From Octopus bimaculoides (taxonomy: Eukaryota), in contig NC_068989.1 of NCBI RefSeq assembly GCF_001194135.2, forward strand, positions 59,544,628-59,608,627: DNA of 64,000 bases, in the 5' to 3' direction. Positions within the stretch are counted from its first letter, which is position 1. The number at the start of each line of letters is the position of its first letter. This document shows positions 63,610-64,000 of the stretch, piece after piece. Below the pieces are notes generated by a model. That model was not told where the DNA came from. It saw only the letters and a list, made by a program, of their open reading frames with translations, and did no database searches. A program made the position numbers and the translations under genes.

Positions 63610-64000
63610 ACTAGCAGAGATACCCGGCGTTGCCCGTGTTACATGCAATTGAAGGATGAGACTTTTCTCTTATATTTCCTGTAAGGAACTGGAATAGATA
63701 TGATCTGAATTTCATCAAAATTGCACATGAGGGTTCTTTCCCTCTTTACACACCCTAAAATAATTCTAATCATGAGACATGTATCCCATACTATTAATCT
63801 TTATGCACATATTCCAAAATTTCAGTCTTCTGGAACCTGTAAAAAGGATTTTGCTCCTGAAAAATGGAGCTCATGGAGCTCTAAAATGTAGGAATGAAGG
63901 CCCCTATTGGGGGTGGGTGTGATAATGTCAACCAGAGAAGTTGAATTGTGGGGAATGTTTTTAACTTTGGTCTTATAGTATACCTGTATATATGTGAGAG
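63610..64000 (+). mobile_element. Helitron/Helentron-like non-autonomous element 5' part
   Basis: Starts ACTAGCAGAGATACCCGGCGTTGCCCG, the ACTAG-N-CCCG..GCCCG pattern of Lep1/HINE-type elements as recalled. Confidence 0.5.

Overview
Eukaryotic, AT-rich, microsatellite-dense, gapped draft-assembly DNA with about 15 N-runs, mostly flanked by (TA)n, (CA)n or (CT)n. The repeat families look like those I recall from Octopus/cephalopod genomes (inference, no search run). I can support no intact host protein-coding gene; most entries in the ORF track are microsatellite or N artefacts. The window is a graveyard of mobile elements: R4/Dong-type (restriction-like endonuclease) LINE pieces sitting in (AAT)n arrays, CR1-type, RTE and Tx1/L1 LINE fragments, Penelope-like (PLE) reverse-transcriptase remnants, Tc1, mariner and Tigger remnants, a mariner MITE, Helitron/Helentron-like ends, and at least four tRNA-headed SINE families. 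The most notable signal is small non-coding elements carrying minimal type-I hammerhead ribozymes. (1) A unit at 24489-24855, bracketed by a 10-bp direct repeat, consists of a Pol III tRNA head, (AAT)n(AAC)n and a hammerhead. (2) A minus-strand hammerhead at 21682-21724 sits at the apex of a 133-bp foldback whose pieces suggest a circularly permuted ~350-nt retrozyme-like monomer. (3) A variant core occurs at 1075. A few isolated splice-signal pairs may be exons of a large-intron gene, but these are speculative.
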